Shown here: positions 1-10,997 of the stretch, one piece after another
Layout of the letters: each line of letters begins with the position of its first letter
How positions within the stretch are numbered: the stretch's first letter is position 1
Source: a virus
Strand: one strand, 5' to 3'
Virus record (IMG/VR): IMGVR_UViG_3300031227_000028
Location: 1 to 64,000 of that record
Length of the DNA: 64,000 bases
Notes under the pieces: generated by a model
Seen by the model: the letters and a program-made list of their open reading frames with translations, nothing else
Databases searched by the model: none
What the model was told of the DNA's origin: nothing
Position numbers and translations under genes: made by a program

Positions 1-2258
1 CCTAAACTAGAAGCAATTGGTTCTGTTATATCTGCATATAATAAATTTGCTTCAGTTGTTGTTGAATAATCAGATTTATCAGCAGACCAATTTCCTAAAG
101 AATCTACTTTTGAATCTAATGCATAACCTAATTGTAATTCTGTATATTCTGATGAAGTTAAATGATAATATTCTGCTGAATCTCCTCCTTGTAATCCTCC
201 TAAACTATTATGAGTTGTTACAGGTGAAGCAGTAGTTGCAAATGCAGTCCAAGCTGAACCGTCACACCAAAGAAGTTCTACAGCTGATGTATCATAATAC
301 CAAGCTCCAGCATAATTTGCAGAACATATTTCTGGACCACCATTACTGCCTTGAAGCTTCATCATATCAGATTGTAAAAGCATAAGAGTTTCTGAACCGC
401 CGATTGTAACTAAATTTTCAATAGGTTCTGTTTGAACTCGATTTCTTGTTCTCTTCACTGCAATATAATAAACACTTGTTGTATTAGCAAAAGGTGTTCC
501 ATCAAATTCTGTATTACATGTTCCTCTATCAGTTGGATTAATAAAATTAATTGTTCCACTTATTTGCATTCCATTTGTTGTGTCTGTAACACTCGGTAAA
601 ATAGTATAAGTTCCGACATTATTACAATAATAATATTCTAATTTAAGATTCTTATTAGAACTAATAGCTAAAGAAAATCCCATAGTTGTAAAATTAACTG
701 GTGCACCAACATAAACATACTCATTATCATTAACAAACATTGTTGCTCCTGCTCCAGCAGTATTAAAATTAGTTGTTTCATCAACACTTTCAACATAAGC
801 ATTAGTTAGTGTGTCTGTACTTCCTTGATGAATTATATGTGTTGGATTTCCAGATATGTGTATAACGTCAGCATCATTACCACCGTCAGGACCAAGTAAA
901 GATATATGAATAAAATGTAAATCGCTATTTGTGAATCCTGATGAATCTCCTTCTATTGCTAAAGCTTGTGAAGTTATACCATCAACACCTGTACTAGAAT
1001 ACATATATATATTTTGTCCAATTACACCATCATAATTTTTACTATCCACATCAATTGTTAAAGCTTGATGTTGGTCTGCTCCTGCAGTATCATCAATATA
1101 TACTCCTGTGAATCCTGTACCATTTTTAATTTTTATTTTATATTTACTTTGTTCATCATTTCCAACATAGTATTCATAAAATCCACCACTTTGAGAAATC
1201 ATATTAATTCCAGTATTAATAACCCAAGTAACACCACTAAAATCATCATCCCAACTAGGATTGTGTTCTAATGCTATACAAGAAGAATTAATAAATGTAT
1301 TCACATCACCTCTACCTTCATTATAAATACTGCTTTCATCACTTATTAATAACCACTGAGAATTGTTATCATCTACAAAATTATTAGATGTATAATCACA
1401 AAAGATATTTGTTGTATCATTAAATTCTCCATTACTTCCTTGATATAATTTGTTTCGGTCTCCAAGAACAATGTAAGAACCGTGGTCTGAACTATGTGAC
1501 CTTAAACCTTCATCAGAATAAATAAGTCCAATAGCTTCAATATCATCAGTCACTCCAAAGTCAGCACCTGTAGTAGCTGTATTACAATCAAGATGCAAAA
1601 AACCCCAATCACTACAAATATTATTTTGAGAGCTATTTAATAATGTATTATTCTGATTTACTACTAAAAAACTTCTTGCAATAAAACTTGCTTGATTACT
1701 CCCACCATCTTGAATCATAAATTGTGGTGTTCCTCTTGTATCGCTTATTACTTGAAATAAACTATTAGAATCAGTACCTGTGCTATCTGCTCCATTAGTA
1801 TAAAGACTTCCTGTAAAATTTCCTGTGGTATATTTATCTATATATCCGCCATTAATTTCTCCAAGTAAAGTTATATTACCTGTTGCATAAAGATTTCCAG
1901 TAATATTAACATTATCATAATAAGTAGCTGTACCACTTACATTAGTCCAAATACCACCTGAGATACCAGTTAATAAAGAACCATCACCAATAAAATAATC
2001 TCCACTAACATTTCCATTATATGTAGCAACTCCACTTACATTAGTCCAAATACCAGCTTTAATAATAGATGTATTTAATCTAAGATAACCATTATCATCA
2101 TATAATTCACCATTAGATTCATTTATCCACCAAGCAAAATCATAACTAGTAGTATATGGATTATATTGAACTAATCTAGGAATATTTGCAGCTGAAACTA
2201 ATGTAATTAATAATAAAAACATTACTATAAAAATTGATAATATTCTTTTTTTTACCAT
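1..2258 (-). CDS. Large signal-peptide-bearing virion or surface protein (partial, runs off the left edge)
   Basis: Not in the ORF track because no stop falls inside the window. ATG at 2258 gives MVKKRILSIFIVMFLLLITLVSA (signal peptide). The same frame is open at the window edge (...YADITEPIASSL). It is Thr/Ser/Asn-rich with an internal repeat GIWTNVSG(V/T)ATY. Confidence 0.7.
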   Translation of the reverse strand, partial: MVKKRILSIFIVMFLLLITLVSAANIPRLVQYNPYTTSYDFAWWINESNGELYDDNGYLRLNTSIIKAGIWTNVSGVATYNGNVSGDYFIGDGSLLTGISGGIWTNVSGTATYYDNVNITGNLYATGNITLLGEINGGYIDKYTTGNFTGSLYTNGADSTGTDSNSLFQVISDTRGTPQFMIQDGGSNQASFIARSFLVVNQNNTLLNSSQNNICSDWGFLHLDCNTATTGADFGVTDDIEAIGLIYSDEGLRSHSSDHGSYIVLGDRNKLYQGSNGEFNDTTNIFCDYTSNNFVDDNNSQWLLISDESSIYNEGRGDVNTFINSSCIALEHNPSWDDDFSGVTWVINTGINMISQSGGFYEYYVGNDEQSKYKIKIKNGTGFTGVYIDDTAGADQHQALTIDVDSKNYDGVIGQNIYMYSSTGVDGITSQALAIEGDSSGFTNSDLHFIHISLLGPDGGNDADVIHISGNPTHIIHQGSTDTLTNAYVESVDETTNFNTAGAGATMFVNDNEYVYVGAPVNFTTMGFSLAISSNKNLKLEYYYCNNVGTYTILPSVTDTTNGMQISGTINFINPTDRGTCNTEFDGTPFANTTSVYYIAVKRTRNRVQTEPIENLVTIGGSETLMLLQSDMMKLQGSNGGPEICSANYAGAWYYDTSAVELLWCDGSAWTAFATTASPVTTHNSLGGLQGGDSAEYYHLTSSEYTELQLGYALDSKVDSLGNWSADKSDYSTTTEANLLYADITEPIASSL

Positions 2259-2259
2259 T

Positions 2260-2598
2260 TTAAAACACATTATAAAAATAATCATAAGTTAATGAAGCTC
2301 TATTACTCCAATTTGTTAAATAATCAGTACTTCCTGAAACATATCTATCTTCTTCTAATATTGGACTGATTCCAGAACTTCTTAATATATACCAACTTCC
2401 AACTGTATCATTTAATCCAAAATATCTAATATTTGGTGATGATTGGTCTCTATCAGAACTTTTAAATCTTGAAAGTGGGTCTCCAATACTGTTTCCACTA
2501 ATATCAACGTTATTAACCCAAGCTCGATTATTTTCAACTCTCATTAAAGCTGAATCACCAACAACTATACCAGTTCCATCTTTAATTTGTTCTGACAT
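2260..2598 (-). CDS. Hypothetical virion protein
   Basis: 112 aa ORF tightly packed in the minus-strand structural operon. Confidence 0.6.
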   Translation of the reverse strand: MSEQIKDGTGIVVGDSALMRVENNRAWVNNVDISGNSIGDPLSRFKSSDRDQSSPNIRYFGLNDTVGSWYILRSSGISPILEEDRYVSGSTDYLTNWSNRASLTYDYFYNVF

Positions 2599-2957
2599 TA
2601 AGATAACCTCATTTGAATTTTTATATCAGTATCTTTTTTACCTTTAATAATAATAAGTATTTTATCATTAAGTAAAATCTTTTCTCTTGAATAATTTAAT
2701 AAAGTATTATCTTCTGCTAAAGCTTCTTTTCTTGGAAATATTAATTGATGTCCAAAATAACTAATATTTTTATATATGCATGAAGTGCTTTCTTCATCTA
2801 TTATTTTATTAGGAAATAATATTATTCTCATATCAAAAGAAATAACATCATTACTATATAATTTAAATGATTCTAAAAACCCTTTAACATTATTTTTAGT
2901 AATAAAAGCTAATTCGTTTTCTTCTCCAATTTTAAAATTAAAATCTATATCTTTCAT
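2598..2957 (-). CDS. Hypothetical protein (likely start MKDIDF at 2957)
   Basis: The ORF track gives 2598..3068. The internal ATG at 2957 avoids overlap with the upstream gene. Confidence 0.55.
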   Translation of the reverse strand: MKDIDFNFKIGEENELAFITKNNVKGFLESFKLYSNDVISFDMRIILFPNKIIDEESTSCIYKNISYFGHQLIFPRKEALAEDNTLLNYSREKILLNDKILIIIKGKKDTDIKIQMRLS

Positions 2958-2958
2958 T

Positions 2959-3288
2959 TTATAATTCAGGATGTTCAATATATACATCTTTACTTTTTTG
3001 ATAATGTGTTGATTTAATTTTTCCTTTTTTAGTATGGTCGTGTAATTTACCACCTTCATATCTTGCAATACCTGTTAATTTATTTTCTACACCTTGTATT
3101 AATTTATTAGCATGCATTCTACCAGTACTTTTTGTTGCACCGTCAATATCTTGATATGTATCAGTTAATGCAAGTTCATCTTCTTCGTCAAAAATTGGAT
3201 TTCCAGATTCACATTTATGAACATAATCTCCGCTATTAGAAGATACAGTATATGTTTGATTACATTTAGGACAAAATCTTATAACCAT
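2959..3288 (-). CDS. Zn-ribbon protein
   Basis: CPKC...HKC motif, packed in the operon. Confidence 0.6.
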   Translation of the reverse strand: MVIRFCPKCNQTYTVSSNSGDYVHKCESGNPIFDEEDELALTDTYQDIDGATKSTGRMHANKLIQGVENKLTGIARYEGGKLHDHTKKGKIKSTHYQKSKDVYIEHPEL

Positions 3289-3293
3289 TTTTA

Positions 3294-3497
3294 TTACTCG
3301 TTAATTTTTTGAAAAATATTATCTATTTGTTTTTGTTGTTCTTTTTTAAATGCTAAGACACATTTACCACAACAAAATTTACCATATAAACTAACTAATG
3401 GGAAAGTTTTTTCTCCACAATTTTCACAGTGTGGGTCATTTAACATTTGATTATTTATCATCATTTTAATTACTCCACAACTGGAACAGTTGAACAT
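3294..3497 (-). CDS. Small Zn-finger protein
   Basis: CENC...CCGKC motif directly after the portal gene. Confidence 0.5.
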   Translation of the reverse strand: MFNCSSCGVIKMMINNQMLNDPHCENCGEKTFPLVSLYGKFCCGKCVLAFKKEQQKQIDNIFQKINE

Positions 3498-5491
3498 CTA
3501 CAATTTGGATGTGCTGGTGGTTTAGGCCCATTATGTAATTTAAAAACATCACCATTTAAACCATTACATATTGGACAAGTTCTTTCAGAAACAGGTGCTA
3601 ACCATTGATATTTTTCAATACCTTCATCTTCATAAGTAATCATTAAACCTTCATTAGCTAATCTTATAGTTTCTGTTCTAGCTATTAATATTGGTCTTTC
3701 TTTACCGCTAACTGAAAGTATTTTTTCACCATCTTCACCTAAAACTAATTCTCCGTCTTTACTTAATTTATATCTATTTTTTGGTTCAACATAATCAGTA
3801 ATATCTCCAGCAATTTGTTTTACGCTTCTTTCATTCTTAAATCCATCTTTCATAATTTCTCTAAGCGCTTCTATTTGTGGTGTTGTAAATAAACCAGCTT
3901 CCATTTGAGCTTTATTTATAGCAGCTAATGCAACAAAATCATCTTTATCTATAGCTTTTTGAATATTTTTTTTATAATCTATTAAATTAAATCCAACCCA
4001 TTCTTTTAAAGAATAATCTCTATCTTCTATATTACCACATTGAGTATCATCTTCCTCATGAACATGAATATGTTTTTCTATAGGTTTTTCAATAATAGGT
4101 TTTTCTAATTGTAATCTAACTACTGGTACTGATTCATCTTCTTCTCTTTTTCGTTCTTCTTCTGGAACTTCTAAATCAGTATCATCGAAATTAAATAATA
4201 ATGCTAATTCTTTTTCAAATTGTATTCTTAATTTAAAATTTAAAGTATCATTTTCTAATAATTTAGTTATTTGTTCTATTCTATTGTTAATTTCAACTTT
4301 ACTAGGTTGACCCCATTCAAATTCAACATGTACGTCTTGAATACCATTAGCTAAAAGAACTCTTTTAAATATATCATTTTCAATATGTTTTTCAATTTCA
4401 GCCTGGAATGATTTAACTCTAATACTAAATGCTTGAGATTGTTCATCAGCTAATCCTTCAGCTATATTACCATGTCCCATTAATACTTCTGGAATTTGTA
4501 AACTAGAAAATAAATTTTGTCTTTCATATTCAAGAGGAAAAGAAAATTTGTCTCCAATTTTACCAAAATCAACAACACTAATATCAGTAAATACATCTGT
4601 TGCCCATTCAGTCATATTTCTCATATTATACATCTTTTGACCAATAGCTGTCACAGCTCCTTCATCTGGTATAATACCATTTTTATGTTGAGCATCTGGT
4701 AACATTCCTATTTTAGCATGTATAGGAGCATTAGCTTTTCTATGCATTAAAATATTCATATCTTTTTCAAGACCTAATATTCTATCTACATTATCTAAAG
4801 TAGAACATAATATTCCTAATCCATAAAAATCATCTTCAACTTGATTAAAATTAAGAGCAGAAATTTGATATGGTTCGAATTTAGTTTTTTCAACTTTTTT
4901 TTGTCTAGAAATATTATTCATTTCACCGAAATATTGATTAAATTCTTTTACATTTCCTTTATTATCTCTAACAACAAAAACATATTTAGCATTAAGTACT
5001 TTCATTCCTTTAGGAATTTCACCGTTTTTTCCACCTATTTCTAATGGAGAAAAACCGTTTTTTAGAGCATTTTTAACCCATCTTCTAAGTAATGTATCAA
5101 AATTATTAACTCTTAAGAAATCTTCTATAATTTTTACTGATTTTTCATTATCACTTTTAACAAAGAATCCAGGTCCTACTATATAATCAACATATTTATC
5201 AACAACAGATTGAATTAATCCATGTGATTTATATAGTCCTTCGGTTATATTATAATTAAATGGATGTTGTTCACCAATTTCATCTTTAAAGATTTTGATA
5301 TCTTTATCATCAGATTTAATTATTTTTCCTTTTAAATTAAAATCTTCTATTTGTTGATTTGTTTTGAAAAAAGAAAAATTGAAATTGTCAAAATTATCAG
5401 AATTATTAGTTTTAGTGTTTTCACTAATATCTATTGGTTTATTAGTTTTTTCAAGACTAAACCTTTCCTTAATGTTATTAATGATTCCCAT
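3470..5491 (-). CDS. Portal protein fused to a MuF/SPP1 gp7-like head morphogenesis domain
   Basis: Directly downstream of TerL. The N-terminal ~450 aa are portal-like (FYGLG, IPEVLMG, VEFEW). The C-terminus has the MuF signature IARTET...YQW...RTCPIC..LNG..F...PPAHPNCRC. Confidence 0.85.
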   Translation of the reverse strand: MGIINNIKERFSLEKTNKPIDISENTKTNNSDNFDNFNFSFFKTNQQIEDFNLKGKIIKSDDKDIKIFKDEIGEQHPFNYNITEGLYKSHGLIQSVVDKYVDYIVGPGFFVKSDNEKSVKIIEDFLRVNNFDTLLRRWVKNALKNGFSPLEIGGKNGEIPKGMKVLNAKYVFVVRDNKGNVKEFNQYFGEMNNISRQKKVEKTKFEPYQISALNFNQVEDDFYGLGILCSTLDNVDRILGLEKDMNILMHRKANAPIHAKIGMLPDAQHKNGIIPDEGAVTAIGQKMYNMRNMTEWATDVFTDISVVDFGKIGDKFSFPLEYERQNLFSSLQIPEVLMGHGNIAEGLADEQSQAFSIRVKSFQAEIEKHIENDIFKRVLLANGIQDVHVEFEWGQPSKVEINNRIEQITKLLENDTLNFKLRIQFEKELALLFNFDDTDLEVPEEERKREEDESVPVVRLQLEKPIIEKPIEKHIHVHEEDDTQCGNIEDRDYSLKEWVGFNLIDYKKNIQKAIDKDDFVALAAINKAQMEAGLFTTPQIEALREIMKDGFKNERSVKQIAGDITDYVEPKNRYKLSKDGELVLGEDGEKILSVSGKERPILIARTETIRLANEGLMITYEDEGIEKYQWLAPVSERTCPICNGLNGDVFKLHNGPKPPAHPNCRCSTVPVVE

Positions 5492-5627
5492 GAATGTGAA
5501 AAATTTATGAATAACTTATGAAAAAAAAGAATATGGATTAAAAGCAAAGGGGGAGGGTGCAAATTAAACCACGATATTATCTATAATAATTATATTAATT
5601 TATAAATGTTATATTAAATAATATTAT

Positions 5628-7127
5628 TTAACCGAAAGCAAATTTAAAACTACCAACAGAATCTCCTTCAACGCTAAGACTCCAACAAGCTAATGCTAAT
5701 GAATCTGTATAATCATCATGATATTGTGGTCCATCAGGATGACTACATTTCCACATATTATTTCTAACTTGTTTTTGCAAATCAATAAATTGTTTAATAA
5801 ATTTTTCTTTTTTAACTGGGTCAAGATGACTTCCAAATTTAATAAATGATTTTTCAACTAAAATTTTATTTTGATAAACATTTTTCATAAGACGACTAAG
5901 ATTTTTATACATTTTATCTTTACTACTAGCACTAAAATTAACTCCTTCAACAATTGTAGATATTCCAACTTCTTTTAGTCTAAAATTTAAATTATCTACT
6001 TGTTGGTCTTGGCTGGCTGTTGAATCACAATAAATCCCTCTAACAGATTTTCTATATCTAGTATCAATTTTATCTACTAAATCCATAATTTGAGAAGCAT
6101 AATCATCTCCATTAAATTCCATCCATTCAATAATTCCGCCAGTGTCTTTATCTATAAATGTTGCTACAGTTGAATCGTGAGCTTTACCCCAATCTATTCC
6201 TATAATAACATTATAAATTTTAGTATATGTTTTCATAATTTCATAATCTTCTTCAAGTTTCATTAATTCATCAAATGTAATAAACTGCCCTCTTTCTAAA
6301 ACCCATTTTAATGCATATTGAGTTTTATATTCGTCAGTTGTCTTATCAATTCTCTTGATAACTTTTTCATAATTTAAATGAACTGGATTTTTTGTTTCTT
6401 GATATTTAATTCTTCTTTCTTCTATGGCTTCAGTATCAGGAACAATTAGTTTTCTATCTTCTGGTAATGTTTCAAGGTTATGCCATAACCTACATTTAGC
6501 ATATCCAGCCGTACCTATATAAATATTAGTAGAATTAGTGTTTGTACCCATAGGTAATATTGTTTTATCTAATTTAAAATCAGTTAAATCTTGTGCTTCT
6601 TCAAGGATAATAACATTTAAAGTTTTTGATTCAGTATTAGACGTAGGACTTGCTGAGAAACAATATACTCTTCTTACTGGTATATTAAATGTACCTTTTT
6701 CGGTTTTAGAAGATAATAAAGTGATTTCATTACCATTGAATGTATCAAAATTAAAATCATATCCTTTATTTTGACATTTTTGAAGATATTCTTTTATTCT
6801 ATTAAAATCTGTTTTAGCTTGTTCTTCTTGAGGGGCAAATATACCTATGTGAAAGAATTCATGAAAATGTAAGCCAAAATGTTTACATATCTGATAATAA
6901 TGAAGAAGAAGAAACACAGTTGTAATACATACAGTTTCAGTTTTACCACTTTGACGACAAAATTCAATAGCTGAATCTCCACCTTCATGAGTTACAACAA
7001 GTTGAATTATTTTATTAGAAACCTTTTTTTGATAACCATATAAATCTCTATCAAAGTGCATTTCTGCAAAGGTATCTCTCATTAGAAATATCTTATTCCA
7101 CTGTTCCTCAGTTACTTGATTATCCAT
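5628..7127 (-). CDS. terL: Terminase large subunit
   Basis: Walker A RQSGKT, Walker B IILEEA, RNase H-like nuclease GIDWG...D and C-terminal HDDYTDSLALA. Confidence 0.9.
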   Translation of the reverse strand: MDNQVTEEQWNKIFLMRDTFAEMHFDRDLYGYQKKVSNKIIQLVVTHEGGDSAIEFCRQSGKTETVCITTVFLLLHYYQICKHFGLHFHEFFHIGIFAPQEEQAKTDFNRIKEYLQKCQNKGYDFNFDTFNGNEITLLSSKTEKGTFNIPVRRVYCFSASPTSNTESKTLNVIILEEAQDLTDFKLDKTILPMGTNTNSTNIYIGTAGYAKCRLWHNLETLPEDRKLIVPDTEAIEERRIKYQETKNPVHLNYEKVIKRIDKTTDEYKTQYALKWVLERGQFITFDELMKLEEDYEIMKTYTKIYNVIIGIDWGKAHDSTVATFIDKDTGGIIEWMEFNGDDYASQIMDLVDKIDTRYRKSVRGIYCDSTASQDQQVDNLNFRLKEVGISTIVEGVNFSASSKDKMYKNLSRLMKNVYQNKILVEKSFIKFGSHLDPVKKEKFIKQFIDLQKQVRNNMWKCSHPDGPQYHDDYTDSLALACWSLSVEGDSVGSFKFAFG

Positions 7128-7170
7128 CTATAAAGATAATAAATATTAACTTATTTATATATAGTAATAT

Positions 7171-7380
7171 TTATTTAATAGTTTTATCTTTTTGAAGAGC
7201 TTTTTCCATAGCTATGATTCCAGCTAATAAAACTACTAAAGATTCTTTATATGGAATATTTAGTTTTGGAATCATATCAAGAAGTATAGGAATTACCGGA
7301 ATAATAACTTTCCAAAATCTTTTAATACCAGCAATAATTCTTTTCTTAATTGTATATTTTTCAATTATTTGTTTAGTCAT
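7171..7380 (-). CDS. Small membrane protein, holin-like
   Basis: 69 aa with two hydrophobic segments and basic ends. Confidence 0.45.
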   Translation of the reverse strand: MTKQIIEKYTIKKRIIAGIKRFWKVIIPVIPILLDMIPKLNIPYKESLVVLLAGIIAMEKALQKDKTIK

Positions 7381-7577
7381 TTTTTTTTACCTTATAATTT
7401 AATATTTTAATATTCGTAGAACAATATGAACAATAAAATAAATCACATATTTTATCATACATTATTATTCCATCATAACAATATGGACACATACCTATTC
7501 TTTCTTTTAATGGTACTAAAGCCATTTTTATATTTATATTATTAACTCTTTATTTATAAATATATAATTAAATAATA

Positions 7578-8327
7578 TTATTTAATTAATATTGGATTTC
7601 TATATGCTGTATATATGTTTGCTAAAATAACAGGTTTACCATATTCAATTCTATTATTAATATCTTTTTCTCCAAAATATTCTATAGATTTTTCAACCAT
7701 AAGTCCTCTATAACTAGTATTACTTTCAACAACATAAAAATTATTATCTTTAATAGATTCCCATAATAAAGATGCATGATTAAGATTAGATGCCCAACCA
7801 TTATTTGTATTCATTGGTGTTAAATTAAGATATAATCTATCTCCATATTTTGTTAATAAATTATTAAATTCTAACTGACAAATAATAAAATAGAACATAA
7901 AAATAGCATAATCGTCACAATCACCATAAAAATTATTTTCGCATAATTTGCTTGGCTTAAACCAACCATCAACTATATCTTTTACATATCTATTTTCTTT
8001 ATATAATTTTTCATATCTATAATTTAAAGAATCTAAAATAACTATATTAGCATTATTATTATTAATCCAAGCATCATTTTCAGTTATATAATTTCTCATC
8101 CATTCATATTCTTTTTGATCTAATAATTTATCAATTACAGGTCTCCAAGAACCATTAATATAGAATGTAGTATTTTTATTTTCAAAAGGTTTTAAATTAA
8201 CTCTTTTTCTTATTAAAGAATTTATATAAGAATTTTTTATATTATTCCAATTAGGATTAATAATAAAATTATCTATTTCGTTTATTATTTTATAATTTTT
8301 AATACAATTAAGAAACATATTGGTCAC
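7578..8327 (-). CDS. Transglutaminase-like cysteine protease
   Basis: GDCDDYA (catalytic Cys), NHA (His) and VVES (acidic residue) form the triad pattern. Confidence 0.7.
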   Translation of the reverse strand: MTNMFLNCIKNYKIINEIDNFIINPNWNNIKNSYINSLIRKRVNLKPFENKNTTFYINGSWRPVIDKLLDQKEYEWMRNYITENDAWINNNNANIVILDSLNYRYEKLYKENRYVKDIVDGWFKPSKLCENNFYGDCDDYAIFMFYFIICQLEFNNLLTKYGDRLYLNLTPMNTNNGWASNLNHASLLWESIKDNNFYVVESNTSYRGLMVEKSIEYFGEKDINNRIEYGKPVILANIYTAYRNPILIK

Positions 8328-8532
8328 ACTCCTTATATTTAAATAATTTAGTTTTATAAGATTGATTTATAATATCAAAATCAATATCATTCCATTTCTT
8401 TAATTTTGCAATGGCTCTATAAACAGCTCCTTTAGATACTTTTAATATCTCTGCAAATTCATCTATAGAAAAACATTTACTTTTATTGTTTTTTGTTAAT
8501 ATTTTTATTTCGTTTTGACACAATTTACTCAA
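8308..8532 (-). CDS. Winged-helix DNA-binding protein
   Basis: HTH pattern SIDEFAEILKVSKGAVYRAIAKL. Confidence 0.65.
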   Translation of the reverse strand: MSKLCQNEIKILTKNNKSKCFSIDEFAEILKVSKGAVYRAIAKLKKWNDIDFDIINQSYKTKLFKYKECDQYVS

Positions 8533-8564
8533 CCCTCCAGTTTTTACACAAACAATTTAAATAA

Positions 8565-8644
8565 TGTCGCTACCCGGAATTGAACCGAGGTATTCCTAAC
8601 CTAGGAAATTTAATAGGCTATTCTTCCAATTAAATTATAGCGGC
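8565..8644 (-). tRNA. Aberrant tRNA-like element, anticodon not assignable
   Basis: Acceptor GCCGCTA/TAGCGAC, D arm ATTT/GAAT with GG, T arm CTCGG-TTCAATT-CCGGG. The anticodon arm has about 8 extra nt. Confidence 0.5.
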
Positions 8645-8751
8645 ATAAAAACATACCAATTTTTAATTGGTATGAAAAAGAAATGATTGGATAATATATA
8701 TTATAATTATAATAATATGAACTAATATATAAATGTTGTTATTTATTCATT

Positions 8752-10883
8752 TTACATACCTTTACTAATTTTATGTATATTTTCTTTAGTTAAAGGTAAA
8801 ACTTCCTCATAAAATATTTTACGTTTAATTATTTCTTGGGTTTTCTTTGTTCCTTTGATTGCTGATTCCATAGATTTAGATACATAATCAATATATAATT
8901 TTAATCCAGCATCTTTATTAATCGCAGAAACTTCCATCAATCTTTGATATTCTTTTTCTAATTCATTGTATTTTATAGATGCTTCTATAGCAATCATACC
9001 TGTTAATTCTTTAATTCCATAACTTTCCCTTTCTTCATTAGTCATTTTTTCAGCTAATGTTAATTCAACATCTAATAATATTTTATTTTTATCTATCATT
9101 TTATTTATTACCTTCTTTAATTTCTTCATTTCCGTAAGTAAATTTAACTTTTCCATCTAATTTTACTATTCCAGTATTTAACATATAATCAAGTTTCATT
9201 CCTTCTAATAGAGTAATTATTGAATGATTATATAATCCACTTTCTTTTATTAATTTTGAAAATCCAACTGCTGTTTTCTTTAATCTATTTTTATATTCTT
9301 CTGAATCAATTTCCATTTTTAATCATCTCTTTTAATTTTAAATACCATTTATCGTTTTTAATACAAGAGTATTCATCAAATTTATCAAATATCTTTTTAG
9401 CAATTTGTTGCTCTTTAAATTCATACATATTAATAATAGAATCAATTTCTTCATCATTTAATTTTTCAAATATATTTACACCTATAAGTAATTCTCTTTT
9501 AAAATTTATCCGTTTTGAATATAATTCAACATCTTTTGTTGCTTCTTTTTCATAACGTTCCATTTCTTCATAGATTGTTTCTACTTTTTCTTTTAGTTCT
9601 TTAGGTAATGTTTTTATAGCACAATCGTTACACATTTCATTATCTCCTTCCCCAGGAAAGCAAACCATTATATCTACTTCTTTTCCACATTTTGGGCATT
9701 TAATCATTTTAATTCACATATTTATTAACTTTTAATTCTATTATTTTTTTCTCCCAAGATTCATCTTCTCTGGATTCTTTATCATCAATTCGTCTTTGTT
9801 CAATTGCTTTCTTTACGCATTTTAAACAAAAAACTTTATGATTAGTCATTTGTATACATTCTGGACAATATTTTAATTCTTTCATAATTAATTATCTAGA
9901 GTTATTATTGCTATCATATACTCTACTCCACAACTTACAGTGCAATCACAATTTGTAGAACTAATTTTCCAACCTTTTTCTAGATATATATTTACATTAA
10001 TATCAAACTGTTCTTTGTTTGAACCAGTAATTGTTTTTAATTTAGTCATTTTGAACCTCAAATTTTATACTATGAATTAACGATTTATCAATATTTAATG
10101 CTTCTAAATATGAACCAGCTTCTCCAATATCACCATCAACTTCTATTATTATTTTCATCGTTCATTCGCCTTTTAATTTTTTTATTTCTTTGATATTATA
10201 TTTATGAATTATATTTTTAACTTTATTTATTATTATGTCATTAACTTTATTTTGTTCTAAACAACATTTAACTTCAATTCTGAAATTATTTATAATTTTT
10301 TTATTGTTTAATTTAGTCATTTTGAAAGCTCCTCTAACAGTTTTTTATTCTTTTTTAAAAATTTTCTAAACCAAGACATTAATGGTAAACTTATTTCTTC
10401 TAAATTACCTTCCTTATTTTCATAATATACCATTATTATCTATCTCTTATCATTCTATCTTCAAAACCGTTTAAATCCCATATCCATTGAACCCATTCAG
10501 GTTGATTATTAACAAACTCATTAATTTCATCATGTGTCATTTTCCTATATAATGGCGCTGAAATTCTGTTTGAAGATGTTTTAATTATACTTTTTAAATT
10601 ATTTTCTCTTTTTTTTAAAATAGATGAAAAAGATTTTGTTTTTATTAAATTTTTCATCTTATTTACCTTTATAATGTTCTTTACAATTCCAGACCTTATT
10701 TCTTAAATCAGCATGTTCTCCACCTTCAGCTGTGAAATTTCCATTATAACCTAAAAAACCTTTTATATATTTACAACAATTTTTATTATCGCAATATAAT
10801 CGTATACTTACAACAGTATTCACATACTCTTGCTCAGGCCATTTATATGAATTTCTTTCTTTTAATGTACTTTCGTATTCCAT
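8752..10883 (-). other. Cluster of small hypothetical ORFs (8752-9156, 9101-9316, 9306-9707, 10436-10657, 10659-10883 plus several under 60 aa)
   Basis: Tightly packed, same-strand, Lys/Glu-rich ORFs, some with CxxC; no recognisable families. Confidence 0.6.
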
Positions 10884-10997
10884 TTTTATTTCTTTATTTT
10901 ATACGCACACATTATCCTCTTCCTTTCGGATTGTAGGCGTTGCACGATTTTAGATAATATTAAACATATCTTGACGCCTCGTTAAATTAATAATAGC

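Noticed and set aside
17-7402. Plus-strand ORFs (17-235, 1065-1271, 2776-2964, 4517-4702, 4841-5044, 6538-6774, 7214-7402) and similar antisense ORFs elsewhere (36378-36821, 38901-39251, 52032-52388, 60187-60369, 62403-62648)
   Set aside because: Shadow frames antisense to well-supported genes, with typical Ile/Phe/Leu/Ser-rich composition
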